Shown here piece by piece: positions 27,441 through 40,456 of a DNA stretch of 64,000 nt. The translations under genes and the position numbers were made by a program. How positions within the stretch are numbered: position 1 is the stretch's first letter; the number at the start of each line of letters is the position of its first letter. The DNA comes from Eledone cirrhosa. Taxonomy: Eukaryota. The notes beneath the pieces were generated by a model. That model was not told the origin of the DNA. It did not search any database and worked only from the letters and a program-made list of their open reading frames with translations. The DNA lies in NCBI GenBank assembly GCA_964016885.1, contig OZ024761.1, positions 5,766,001-5,830,000 of the forward strand, written 5' to 3'.

Positions 27441-27502
27441 CTCCTCTGTCATTTCTAGTGTGTGACGGACAAATCACACAGCTTTTATTATATTACTGAT
27501 AT

Positions 27503-27610
27503 AAATCCCGCCAAGGTTAACTTTGCCTTTCATCCTTACGGGGTCGATAAAATAAAGTACCAGTAATGTACTGGGTGATTGCTGGCCTTGTGCCAAACGT
27601 AGAAACAATT
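27503..27610 (+). mobile_element. SINE 3' fragment
   Basis: AAATCCCGCC..AACTTTGCCTTTCATCCTTACGGGGTCGATAAAATAAAGTACCAG..GGCCTTGTGCC. Confidence 0.8.
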
Positions 27611-28137
27611 ACATTACTAATAATATTATATTACTGATAATATTTACAAATTGTTAGCTAAAATATATGAATAGTCAATATTAAACTTTAAATAAAAGTT
27701 AACAGAGAGTTGGGCTATTTTATAACCGTATTTCTAATGAAATAGTCTGCATTGTAGCATAATTTAACACAAACTCTTTAGGAAATTATGTTGGAAGGTT
27801 TTAACTTAAACATTAAACCTTTAAATGGTTGTTACTTTCACAGAAACAGAAGCGGTTTGGCGTAGGTTGGTGCTATTAAAAGGGGTAATATGATTATATG
27901 CTGTCTTAACTGCAATGTAGAAAACCTTTGCATATTTTCCCTCTCAAATTAATCTATAAATGTCAGGATGCAGTCCTGAACACTGACGTCATAACCTCAC
28001 ATATTTCAACAGGAATCTGCTCAGAAACTTAGCTATGCACAGTTAACGAGTATCATTTTCGTTTCACTAATATCTAACGTAACAAGATATTCCATCTTGA
28101 TTGCATGTATACAGGAGAGTTCTATCAGTCCCCTTAC

Positions 28138-28260
28138 CCCCACCCCAACATCTACGAAAACAGGATAAAGATCCCATAACTCCTTGTGGAGTCGTAGAGG
28201 CACCGTCATACGGCGTTTCAGGGCACTTTTACACCTAGCGGAGCCTAACCCTCTCCAGGT
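28138..28260 (-). CDS. Candidate internal exon of an unidentified gene
   Basis: CAG|123 nt|GTAAGG, single open frame TWRGLGSARCKS...PVFVDVGVG, phase 0. Polypyrimidine tract is weak. Confidence 0.35.
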
Positions 28261-28292
28261 CTGAACACAGCCGATTTTTTTTCTATAGAGGA

Positions 28293-28453
28293 AGAATCGA
28301 CCCCAGTACTGGACTGGTACTTTTTTTATCGACCTCGAAAGGATGAAAGGCAATGTTGACCCCGGCGGGATTTGAATTCTGAACCCGCAATGAGGTGGGA
28401 CAAATACCGTAAAGCATTTTATCCGACGTCTTAACGACTCTGCCAATTCGCCT
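28293..28453 (-). mobile_element. tRNA-derived SINE
   Basis: Minus strand GGCGAATTGGCAGAGTCGTT.., B-box-like GAATTCAAATCCC, and family core. Confidence 0.8.
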
Positions 28454-28657
28454 TATACGAAAAGAGGAATAAATTATAAATCAACGGAGTAATATGAAAT
28501 GTATTACTTTGCCAGGAGACACGACCGACAGATAGTATAAACAATTGACTAATGAAATCATAGTTTTCTCCATTTGTTCTGACGCCCGGCTCTTTCCCTT
28601 TAAGCTATTGAACTGACAGAATTTGTTATACTTTTACACCCGTTTCCCCATGCTTAC

Positions 28658-28752
28658 AAGAGCTGCACTAAGACTGTTGCTTATTCTGTTTCGATGGGCG
28701 TGAAGCAATTGAGAATCTAGCGGAGTGTTAAACCAATCACACCTTCCTCCAG
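28658..28752 (-). CDS. Candidate internal exon of an unidentified gene
   Basis: AAG|95 nt|GTAAGC, one open frame GGRCDWFNTPLDSQLLHAHRNRISNSLSAAL ending in phase 0, compatible with 28260-28138. Confidence 0.35.
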
Positions 28753-28793
28753 CTTTTAGGCAGGCAGTAAGATTTCAAGTGCACATTATACAG

Positions 28794-30285
28794 AAGTTTC
28801 TATTAGTGTTTTTCAAACAAGCAAGTTTATAAGTTTATGGCCCTTGCCATTCTGAGTTCAAATCCCGCCGAGGTTAACTTTGCCTTTCATACTTACAGGG
28901 TCGATAGAATAAAGTACCAGTAATGCACTGGGGTAATTGCTGGCCTTGTGCCAAAAGTAGAAACAATCATACACAAGTTTCTATTAGGGTTTTTCAAACA
29001 AGCAAGTTTATAAGTTTATGGCCCTTGCCATTCTGAGTTCAAATCCCGCCGAGGTTAACTTTGCCTTTCATACTTACAGGGTCGATAGAATAAAGTACCA
29101 GTAATGCACTGGGGTAATTGCTGGCCTTGTGCCAAAAGTAGAAACAATCATACACAAGTTTCTATTAGGGTTTTTCAAACAAGCAAGTTTATAAGTTTAC
29201 AGCCCTTGCCATTCTGAGTTCAAATCCCGCCGAGGTTAACTTTGCCTTTCATACTTACAGGGTCGATAGAATAAAATACCAGTAATGCACTGGGGTAATT
29301 GCTGGCCTTGTGCCAAAAGTGGAAACAATCATACACAAGTTTCTATTAGGGTTTTTCAAACAAGCAAGTTTATAAGTTTATGGCCCTTGCCATTCTGAGT
29401 TCAAATCCCGCCGAGGTTAACTTTGCCTTTCATACTTACAGGGTCGATAGAATAAAGTACCAGTAATGCACTGGGGTAATTGCTGGCCTTGTGCCAAAAG
29501 TAGAAACAATCATACACAAGTTTCTATTAGGGTTTTTCAAACAAGCAAGTTTATAAGTTTACAGCCCTTGCCATTCTGAGTTCAAATCCCGCCGAGGTTA
29601 ACTTTGCCTTTCATACTTACAGGGTCGATAGAATAAAGTACCAGTAATGCACTGGGGTAATTGCTGGCCTTGTGCCAAAAGTGGAAACAATCATACACAA
29701 GTTTCTATTAGGGTTTTTCAAACAAGCAAGTTTATAAGTTTATGGCCCTTGCCATTCTGAGTTCAAATCCCGCCGAGGTTAACTTTGCCTTTCATACTTA
29801 CAGGGTCGATAGAATAAAGTACCAGTAATGCACTGGGGTAATTGCTGGCCTTGTGCCAAAAGTGGAAACAATCATACACAAGTTTCTATTAGGGTTTTTC
29901 AAACAAGCAAGTTTATAAGTTTATGGCCCTTGCCATTCTGAGTTCAAATCCCGCCGAGGTTAACTTTGCCTTTCATACTTACAGAGTCGATAGAATAAAG
30001 TACCAGTAATGCACTGGGGTAATTGCTGGCCTTGTGCCAAAAGTGGAAACAATCATACACAAGTTTCTATTAGGGTTTTTCAAACAAGCAAGTTTATAAG
30101 TTTATGGCCCTTGCCATTCTGAGTTCTAATCCCGCCGAGGTTAACTTTGCCTTTCATACTTACAGAGTCGATAGAATAAAGTACCAGTAATGCACTGGGG
30201 TAATTGCTGGCCTTGTGCCACAAGTAGAAACAATCATACACAAGTTTCTATTAGGGTTTTTCAAACAAGCAAGTTTATAAGTTTC
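28794..30285 (+). repeat. 181-bp tandem array (about 8.2 copies) of a SINE 3' part plus flank
   Basis: AGTTTC at 28795, 28976, 29157 and onward. Each unit has the B box GAGTTCAAATCCC and the SINE core. Confidence 0.95.
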
Positions 30286-30471
30286 TCTGTGTTCTTTTTA
30301 GGGAAGTACTAGTTCTAACTAGGAATTGGTTACAGTCGAGGGTGCTAAAGATTTTCTTTATAAACTTAAGGTAGATTGTTTGGTTATTTATGGGAGAAAG
30401 ATTTGAAAAGCATTTAAGTGTCCCCCCCCCCCCTTCAGTTAGCGTTGTATGCAGGTATAGAAGAAATTGTA

Positions 30472-30795
30472 TACAGTGTATACCCGGCATTCGCAGTCCT
30501 GGTTATTCCTGGAATTTTCCTTATAGAACCTAACTAATGGCTGTTCGTAGACACCACCGCATATTCGCGGAATCGTAAATATCTTCCGCGATTTTTTTTA
30601 TCGCTCTTTTTGTGGCAATATATATTTTTTCACCCTTTTGAACAGTAAATTATTAACAACAATATACTATATTTGCTGTACGTTATGTTTTAACATTTAT
30701 AGACATTTTTATGGACCATATCCAATATTCGTGGGTTTTCACTCTTCGCGGGTTCTCTAGGATCGTAACCCCCGCGAATACCGGGCGAAACTGTA
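30472..30795. mobile_element. Tigger/pogo-like MITE
   Basis: TA-CAGT..CCCGGCATTCGC / GCGAATACCGGG..ACTG-TA imperfect TIRs. Homologue at 47455-47790. Confidence 0.7.
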
Positions 30796-30812
30796 TACAG
30801 AGCTATAAGTAT

Positions 30813-30848
<36 letters not shown>

Positions 30849-31390
30849 TCATATACTGTATATATGAGTATATAATTTCTTATCTTTGAGATGCTTAGTA
30901 TTTTAAATGTTAAATGCACTGCTCCCCGAACCTCCCTTAATAACAAGCTATGTTAATCAGTTTTACTGGAGAATGACAGAGGATGGTAAAGTGCATCGAG
31001 GTTATCTCCCCTCACCAAAGAAAATAGTGAAGTACTACTACACTATAATCTCATATAAATATATATATATATATACAAGTTTGTTATTTAACCTGATTGT
31101 TATTTAACCTGATTGTTATTTAACTTGATTGTTATTTTCTTTGTTGTGGGGGCTTCTGTGGTTTTGTCCGCTTAACCGCAGTTTTCAACTTGGCACGCTA
31201 ATTAACGTATGTTTATTACTCTAAGGTGTAACATATCAATTTATCGATATCTTCTTATTGAGTGCTTCGTGCAAGCTCCGAATACTATTTCTTTCGTGGA
31301 TGCTGGCCGACGCCGCAACTTCAATTTTACTAACTTCAACCCCCCCCCCCCGCCTCTCTCTCTCACTATCTATATATATTATCTATATAT

Positions 31391-31905
31391 ACACCGAGCA
31401 TTATAATAAATGTTCGGTGAATCCATACATACATATATATATATGTGTGCATGTATGTATATAGATATACATACTACTGTACGTCTGTATGCATATATGT
31501 ATGTACGTATACATACTTATATTTAAGTAACAGCCGTACTAAGAGTGAGAAATGAAATTTCGTTTCATTTTTTCCGTTTATCGTTTTCGGTGCGCCCGGC
31601 AGATTAACTCACTCGATATGCAAATTACGCTGCTCAGCCGTTAATATGCATAAGGAAAGTATATACTTTCAGACGTTCAATCATCTGGCAGGAAGGTATA
31701 CGTTGCTGACGATAGCTAATAAGCTTGAAACTAGTACAGCGTTCCTTTGACACTGTACGGCTTAATTCGAGATGTTTGTTTACAAACACACCGAGCATTA
31801 TAATAAATGTTCGGTGAATCCATACGTACATATATGTACATATACGTGCATGTATGTATATATATATACATAATACTGTACATCTGTATACTTATATGTA
31901 TATAC
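31391..31905 (+). mobile_element. HH-A element, permuted partial tandem (397-bp unit)
   Basis: ACACCGAGCATTATAAT at 31391 and 31788. Confidence 0.8.
31701..31741 (+). ncRNA. Type I hammerhead ribozyme (intact core)
   Basis: CGTTG-CTGACGA-TAGCTAATAAGCTT-GAAAC-TA-GTA-CAGCG. Confidence 0.8.
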
Positions 31906-31974
31906 AGCGAATATATATATATATAAATAATATTGAAACAAAACATATATTCCTGGATGTATATATACATGCAT

Positions 31975-32112
31975 ATGGTGGCTGCCAACTCGTTTTCGAG
32001 TACGGCCACTACTTTATATCCATGTAGGAGAACCCCTACCGATGCGCTTAACGAGTGTGACTTGTTAGTTGTACTGGGATACATGTTACCAGTAGCACCA
32101 ACTGGTGACCTG
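31975..32112 (-). mobile_element. Internally deleted copy of the 17273-17885 element
   Basis: Both termini joined at ..GTGACTTGTTAG|TTGTACTGGG.. Confidence 0.8.
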
Positions 32113-32117
32113 ACATA

Positions 32118-32148
<31 letters not shown>

Positions 32149-32165
32149 CATACATATATATATAT

Positions 32166-32228
<63 letters not shown>

Positions 32229-32255
32229 CATACATATATATATATATATACATAC

Positions 32256-32346
<91 letters not shown>

Positions 32347-32368
32347 GATGTATATATATACATATATA

Positions 32369-32435
<67 letters not shown>

Positions 32436-32437
<2 letters not shown>

Positions 32438-32845
32438 GGTGGCTGCCAATATTCGTTTTCGAGTACGGCCACTACTTTATATCCATGTAGGAGAACCCCT
32501 ACCGAAACGCTGAACGAGTGTGACTTTTTAGTCCAGCCAGCGACTTGAAAACTCTGGTACAAATACTACACTTGTGACAATTATTGACACATAGTGCTGG
32601 GCCCATGGTACCATGTGATGACAAGTGCAGAGAGATCTCCAGATATAAAGCAATGCCTGTGCCGTGAAGCTTTTATAGTGAGCAAAGGCACTGCACAAAG
32701 CCAGTCCCTCTCTCTTAACCAAGATGATATTTACCAAAAAGAAGAACAAGTCAACATCATTGGATACCATCAGAGTTGCAGGTGTTATATCAGAGTTTTC
32801 TTTCTCCTAGAATTCTGCCTTGACAAAGGCTAAGGGGTCATCTCT
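32436..32845 (-). mobile_element. Truncated copy of the 17273-17885 element
   Basis: Near-identical to 17278-17685. Confidence 0.85.
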
Positions 32846-32886
<41 letters not shown>

Positions 32887-32909
32887 ATACATATATATAT
32901 ATATATATT

Positions 32910-33029
<120 letters not shown>

Positions 33030-33078
33030 CATATATATACATATATATATATACATATATATATATACATATATATAT

Positions 33079-33127
<49 letters not shown>

Positions 33128-33135
33128 GATATACA

Positions 33136-33209
<74 letters not shown>

Positions 33210-33367
33210 CGTATATATATATATATATATATATACATACGTATATTTATATATATGTATATATATATATATATACATACATATATATATAGATAGATAT
33301 ACATACATATATATATATATAGATATATATACATACATATATATACACATATATATATACACACATA

Positions 33368-33401
<34 letters not shown>

Positions 33402-33407
33402 CATACA

Positions 33408-33469
<62 letters not shown>

Positions 33470-34049
33470 CATATATATATATATATATGTATATGTACAT
33501 AGATTTACAGACTGACACCACACCGACACAATAAAGTTCACTAAACGAGTAAAACCTTCGTAGAACAATGGACCAATTAAGCCGTTAACACTTTATAATG
33601 GAGTTGATGGTTGGATGATGGTGGGGGGGGAGTGGTATGGGTGTCGGTGGTTTGGGTGGGGGTGGTGGCGGTATGGGTGTCGACGGTTCCAGCGTGGTGG
33701 TGGTAGGGGTGTCGGTGCTTTGGATGTGGATGGTGGGAGGGTGATGGTGGTTTGGGTGTCGACGGTTTCGGTGGTGGTGGTGCTTTAGGTGATGGTGGTG
33801 GTGGTGGTGGTGGTGGTGGTGGGGGTGGGGGAGGTAGGGGTCTCGATAGTGTGGGTGGTGGTGGTGGTAGGTGCGTCTTAGGTGGGGTTGTTGGTGTGGA
33901 GGTACGGGTGGTGGTGGTGTCGAGGTTTGGGTGGTTGTGGTATCGATGTATGGGTGGTGGTGTTGGTGGTGGAGGTGGCGGTGTCGAGGTTTAGGTGGTG
34001 GTGGTGGTGGTGGCGTTGACGAGGTTTACGTGCTGGTGGTGTGTGTCGA

Positions 34050-35828
34050 AACAAATATAGTTATACTTGAGGAGGGTCATATTGTTGTAATATTGCCAGA
34101 ATTAATAACAGAACACACTCACTGTTTGGTTGGTTTTCGCTTCTGTATCTTTTATATCTCCATAGTTAATTCATTTGGCCATCAATATTTATCATTGACT
34201 GACCAGCGGTCAAAAATACAGATATAAATACATATATATAGTCTAACAGAGTTCTTTCGTTGCACATCTGCAACATCATCAGTGGTACTGTTATCATGTT
34301 TCCCCTGCTGTATTGTATGTATTGTAATGTGTACGCCATTCTTATTTTATCTATTTATTTATTCTCAACGCTCACATGATGATGTGGACCGACATCCTAA
34401 CGCCAAGCAGACGCACTGCCAACAACTTCCAGGCGTCTAACAATGACGTACCACCCTTGTATAGGCTCTGCAAAGACCATAAGACAGTCGACGGCCCGAC
34501 AACAGGACCACCAACAAGACCTGTATGCGGAGCCAATATTGCTAGCAACTACAGGATCTCCTACTTCCTCTCAATGGTTATACGCCCCATAATCAAGATG
34601 TCCCCAGATGTATGTGACTGTACAGAGGAGTTCCTCAGCAGAATCAATGAGTGCAACAAAAACAAAAACCTATCTAACTGCATAATAGGCAGTATGGACG
34701 TGGTATCACTGTACCCATCCATTAACATTGATTTTACTGTCGAAAAATGTGTGAAAATAATCAGGGAGAGCGAAGTGGAGTTCTGCGATGTCGACACGGA
34801 TGAACTGGGCCTCCTACTTAGACTTACTTATGACACCAACTACCTAGACAGCCATGACCTTAGCCGTTTCTGCCCCAGTAGACCCATAACAGGTAGAACC
34901 CCCATCATAACCTCAATGGCAAAAAAGACTTCCATGGGAAGGTGGATTGGGTGGACCTAAGCAATACGGACACACAAAAACAATGATCAGGTGAGAAAAA
35001 TTGTCGCGCATGCAATAGGGGCTAGTATTAAAACTACATTCAAATTCAACTGAGGGAGCAGCCATTGGCGTCAGCATAGTTGGTGATGTTGCCAACCTTT
35101 TTATGGTATGGTGGGGAAGGAGACTCAAAGATCTCCTTGAAGAGAGCTCCATAGACCTCATTATGTACTCCCGTTACGTAGACGATATTAATATAGTAAT
35201 AAGGACACCCCCCACAAGAGAGTACTAACGAACATGATTTAGAATATAGCACAATGGAAAGCATCCAGCAGATAGTTACCTCTATACACCAGAGTATCAC
35301 TGTAACTATTGACTACTCTTCCAAACACCCTAACAATAGACTACCTGTATTAAACACGGAACTCTGGATTAACACTACAGACGAGAGGGCCCAAATTCTC
35401 CACTCACACTACACTAAACCCATGGCCTCCAAATACCTCAAACTCAAAATAAACTAACATAGAATACAATAACCAATAACCACAGTCACCCAAACACGAA
35501 CACACACACCAAACACTATACACATACGCATGCGCAGAGAGGAAGACAAAAATAAATAAATAAAAATGGCGTAGACATACAATACAACAGGAGGAAACAA
35601 TAGTACCAACTGATGATGTTGCAGATGTGCAACGAAAGAACTTTGTTAGACTATATATATGTATTTATATCTGTATTTTTGACCGCTGGTCAGTCAATGA
35701 TAAATATTGATGGCCAAATGAATTAATTATGGAGATATAAAAGATACAGAAGCGAAAACCAACCAATGTGTTTTGTTATTATTTCTGGCAATATTACAAC
35801 AATATGACCCTCCCCAAGTATAACAATA
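34050..35828 (+). mobile_element. Penelope-like element with inverted pLTRs
   Basis: 34050-34355 is the reverse complement of about 35550-35828. HHRs at 34244-34287 (-) and 35604-35648 (+): CTGATGA-TGTTGCAGATGTGCAAC-GAAAGAACT. Confidence 0.85.
34376..35457 (+). pseudogene. PLE reverse transcriptase fragment (stops and frameshifts, no endonuclease)
   Basis: YRLCKDHK..PTRPVCG..SMDVVSLYPSI..GAAIG..VANLFM..YSRYVDDI..LPVLNTEL..HYTKP. Confidence 0.88.
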
Positions 35829-35922
35829 TATATATGTATATATGTATATATATATGTATATATGTATATATATATATGTATATTATGTATATTATGTATA
35901 TATATATATATATGTATATATG

Positions 35923-35953
<31 letters not shown>

Positions 35954-36040
35954 GTATATATATTATATAATATATATATATGTATATATATGTATATATA
36001 TATATGTATATATATGTATATATATATATGTATATATATG

Positions 36041-36086
<46 letters not shown>

Positions 36087-36089
36087 ATA

Positions 36090-36138
<49 letters not shown>

Positions 36139-36345
36139 GTGTATATATATGTGTATATATATGTGTATATATATATGTGTATATATATGTGTATATATAT
36201 ATACATACATGTATATAGATATGTAAATGTCTATGTATATATATATATATATATATATGTGTGTATATATAGACTTATATGTAAATATACATGTGCATAT
36301 GCATATATATATATATGTGTATATATGAATATATGTGTATATGTT

Positions 36346-36376
<31 letters not shown>

Positions 36377-36421
36377 TATATATATATATATAATATACAT
36401 ATATATATATATATGTATATA

Positions 36422-36467
<46 letters not shown>

Positions 36468-36500
36468 TATATATATAATATATATATATATATAATATAT

Positions 36501-36532
<32 letters not shown>

Positions 36533-36561
36533 ATATAGATATATATATATATAATATATAT

Positions 36562-36627
<66 letters not shown>

Positions 36628-37175
36628 GTGTGTGTGTGTATATATATATATGTGTGTATAAATGTGTTATTGTGTATGTTTAAAAGTACTTCACCTTCCA
36701 AGTACCTCGGCACTGCCAAACTACGCCCCTCCTCGGTTCACTTCTTCCCCCACCCCCTACCTCTCCATCATTAATGTCGTCGTCGCCTCCGTCATCATTG
36801 TTATTCAAGTACCGCTCAAGAACTGTTATCACAAATTAAATATTCAACACCCCCTCACACGCACACACACTCATACGCGCACAACCACACACCCACATTC
36901 ATACGGACCCCTTCCCGCACACACTCTCGCAGGCACACACTCTCGCAGGCACACACTCAAACACAGGCAAACATACACATACACACACTTAAACACAGAC
37001 ACATACAAACGCTCTCACTCTCTCCCACCCACATTCACACCCACACACTCACCCACATCCACACACCCACACACACTGGCACATACTCAAACACAGGCAA
37101 ACATAAACATACACACACTTAAACACATACACACACACACACTGTCTCTCTCTCTTATATATATTTATATATATA

Positions 37176-37228
<53 letters not shown>

Positions 37229-37234
<6 letters not shown>

Positions 37235-37730
37235 TTAAAACAATGAAATAAAAAATCAAGTCATTAGAAATATACTTCACTGCTTTACGATCGTTTCTTG
37301 TTGATGATAATACATCGTAACTATACTTCGTTATCGATCTATGTAAGGTTAGTTACAAAATATCAGATAAGGAGAATATATACTTACATGTATATCACCA
37401 GCTGTTGTCAAAAGATTGGTTTTGACAACAGCTGGTGATATACATGTAAGTAAATATTCTCATCTGATATTTTGTAACTAACCTTACATAGATCGATAAC
37501 GAAGTATAGTTACGATGTACTATCATTAACAAGAAACGATCGTAAAGCAGTGAAGTATATTTCTAATGACTTGATTTTTTATTTCATTGTTTTAACTTAT
37601 ATCATGACTCTGTTTTCCTTTTAATGTTTTATTGTTTTCCGGGATTTATTTTAACCTACAACATTTTCAACATATGGATTACATTGAGTTCTTCATGCAG
37701 ACTAGACCCCACAACTTACCGTGGATATCT
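37229..37730. mobile_element. Long hairpin element (about 185-bp arms, centre about 37416) plus tail
   Basis: CAGCTGTTGTCAAAA-GATTGG-TTTTGACAACAGCTG. Arms carry GAAACGATCGTA (HHR 3' half). Related to 52690-52895. Confidence 0.85.
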
Positions 37731-37733
37731 GTG

Positions 37734-37782
<49 letters not shown>

Positions 37783-37862
37783 GTATGGGGTTAACCGAAC
37801 AGGGATGTGCGGACCTCACTATGGCCTGTGCGTTGTGAAGCAGATACAAAGAAGCGCTCAAC

Positions 37863-37998
<136 letters not shown>

Positions 37999-38140
37999 TA
38001 TAAGCGAAACTGTCGTAGTCGGAACTAGAGGAATATTAGAAACTTACATTTTAAAATTAGCTCCGTTTAATTACTTGTTTATTAAGTTAATTTCTACGGA
38101 CTAAGGAGAAAAATTAGGTAAATTTCACCTGGCTGTTCTT

Positions 38141-38223
<83 letters not shown>

Positions 38224-38302
38224 CCAAAATTAAATTAAGGCTGTCATGTCCGAGACATGCGCCACACTTTACAAATTATCCCTTGTGATTGTTTCATGTG
38301 TT

Positions 38303-38359
<57 letters not shown>

Positions 38360-38462
38360 AATTAATCTCTTGTTGATATATATATATATATATTATGGAA
38401 TACTGTTGGCTTCTTGCTACAATCATTTCTATACTTTTCATTTATATATATATATATATATA

Positions 38463-38813
38463 TCTTCTAGTGTGTCCATGTAGGGGCTCCCACAGGAGCA
38501 CTGAGTGCAATGTCAACTCTGGATGTCGGTGAGCATGTCCAGCTAACCTCAGTCTCCTCTGTGTCAGTTTTGAGCTGACTCTTGGGATGCTCCCATACAG
38601 CTCTGAGTTTTTCACCCTCAGTGTATACTGATTAATGTTCAGAGCCATCCTCAGCATTCTCGTGTAGCATCCATCCAAGACCAAGGTTAACGTATGTTGA
38701 TGCCCTAAGGACAGACACTGGTCTGTTGGAGACGCAGGACATGGCAGCGATAATGAGGGACAGAGACCGCTGGAGAGAACTCGTCCATGGATCTCGGGAA
38801 TTTTACCCGCCTT

Positions 38814-38815
<2 letters not shown>
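38463..38815. mobile_element. RTE/RTE-X-like LINE 3' end with a 5' inversion
   Basis: Minus strand LDGCYTRMLR..RRLRLAGH..LLWEPLHGHTRR. Plus strand 38678-38815 continues RPRLTYVDALRTDTG..MRDRDRWRELV..stop. Confidence 0.85.
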
Positions 38816-38849
<34 letters not shown>

Positions 38850-38853
<4 letters not shown>

Positions 38854-38998
38854 ACACTCACTGTTTGGTTTAAGTTGGTTTTCACTTCTGTATCTTTTCT
38901 ATCTCCATAGTTAATTTATCTGGCAATCAATGTTTATCATTGATTGACTATTATGTTTCCTCCCGTTTTATTGTAATGTCTACGCCATTTTTATTTTA
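38850..38998 (-). mobile_element. pLTR fragment of the 34-35 kb PLE family lacking the HHR segment
   Basis: Matches 34111-34200 and then 34290-34350. Confidence 0.7.
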
Positions 38999-39299
38999 TA
39001 TATATATGAGAGAGAGGGGGGGTAGTAAATATATAGTAAACTCTAAGTAGACTGGATAGGAGGTTGTCATGTAAGTGTTCCGGTCCTTAACTCTTCTTTA
39101 TACTCTAAAGTGGTGCGGGAGGGATCTAAGTGGTGACTCGATCATGTCCGGCTGCCCATTAGGATATCAGAGTCTTGTGCACTATTTGGAGATCACATCT
39201 CGGCCTCCTCCTCGACCAGATCCTGCTGGAATACTTCTCCATTGTTTCTATTTTGGTCGTCCCCTTCCCAGAGATGTTTGATGCGGGTTTATAAGTGGA

Positions 39300-39440
39300 C
39301 ACCATCCGGCATCTCTGGGCCAGCTGGCGAGACTGGTATACTTCCTGGTCCAGTAGAAGTGGGCATTTTCCCTTTCATGTTCCAATGATGATGTGAGTTC
39401 AATCAAAATCAAGGATTTCTCACGATATTCCATTCGGAAT
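39300..39440 (-). pseudogene. Restriction-like endonuclease fragment of an RLE LINE (HERO/NeSL-like)
   Basis: KSLILIELTSSLEHERENAHFYWTRKYTSLASWPRDAGW resembles the xxLxELTxPWE...AH..K..KY..L.....GW motif. Confidence 0.55.
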
Positions 39441-39540
39441 ACCGTTATTTTCCTAATGAAAAGAATAAATAAGAATTTTAAATCAAGAGGTAAATTTTTT
39501 CCATCTTTCTTGTTGAGAAGGAGACTGGAAAAAATATATA

Positions 39541-39722
39541 TAATTGTTTCTACTTTTTGGCACAAAGCCAGCAATTACCCAGTACATTACTGGTACTTTA
39601 TTTTATCGACACCGTAAGGATGAAAGGCAAAGTTAACCTCGGCGGGATTTGAACTCAGATCATAAAGGGACATAACTATGCTAGAAAGCATGGCGTCCTG
39701 ACCCTCTACCGATACTGCCATT
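39541..39722 (-). mobile_element. tRNA-derived SINE
   Basis: Homologous to 49111-49293. Confidence 0.85.
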
Positions 39723-40227
39723 TCACGAAAAAAAAAATAATAGTAGTACTAATATGATAATATAGTTATAATTACAATATTATTGGGAGTAACTATACTC
39801 CTTTCGAGAGTGTTTTGTAGCTCAGTGCAATGAGGCTCCCGTGGGGCTGTTTTATATTAATAGTTTAAATAAAACCAATGAGTTAAAACACTTCTACCCT
39901 AACAATTGTTTCTACCTGTATTGAGTCACATGTAGAGAATTATTTTGTTTAGTAAATCCTGATTTGTAATTCAATACCGGAATCTTCAGAGTTTATTAAA
40001 ACACTTCAGTAGTCAACACAGAATTAAGAACATGTAATACGTAAAATCACTCATCATGGTACAAAGTGCAAAAATCCAGCTCCAAAAAGTGTTCAGGTAA
40101 GGCAATGATCGATAAATATATATTTTTGTGAGAGAATGGTATAACGGTCTCGGAATCGTATTAGAGATAATATCTCTAAAAGATGATAATAGTTCAAATA
40201 TTGCGTGTCATTGTTAATAATTGTTTA

Positions 40228-40443
40228 AGGGCGGTGGGTTGGCAGTATCGGTAGAGGGTCGGACGCCATGCTTTGACGCATAGAGTTACGGCCCTTTATG
40301 ATTTGAGTTCAAATCCCATCGAGGTTAACTTTGCCTTTCATCCTTACGGGGTCGATAAAATAAAGTACCAGTCACACACTGGGGTCGATTTAATCGACTT
40401 CCCCCTCCCCCAAAATTGTTGGCCTTGTGCCTATATAAGAAAC
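40228..40443 (+). mobile_element. Full-length tRNA-derived SINE with about 18-bp TSD
   Basis: A box TGGCAGTATCGG, B box GAGTTCAAATCCC, CATTGTTAATAAYTGTTT on both sides. Confidence 0.88.
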
Positions 40444-40456
40444 CATTGTTAATAAC

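Noticed and set aside
27998-28030. Possible small minus-strand exon
   Set aside because: Stop codon in the phase required by the upstream candidate exon.
40029-40102. Possible plus-strand exon ending CAG|GTAAGG
   Set aside because: No convincing acceptor and no partner exon.
40228-40320. tRNA gene
   Set aside because: A and B boxes belong to SINE heads followed by a SINE core and TSDs. No cloverleaf seen.
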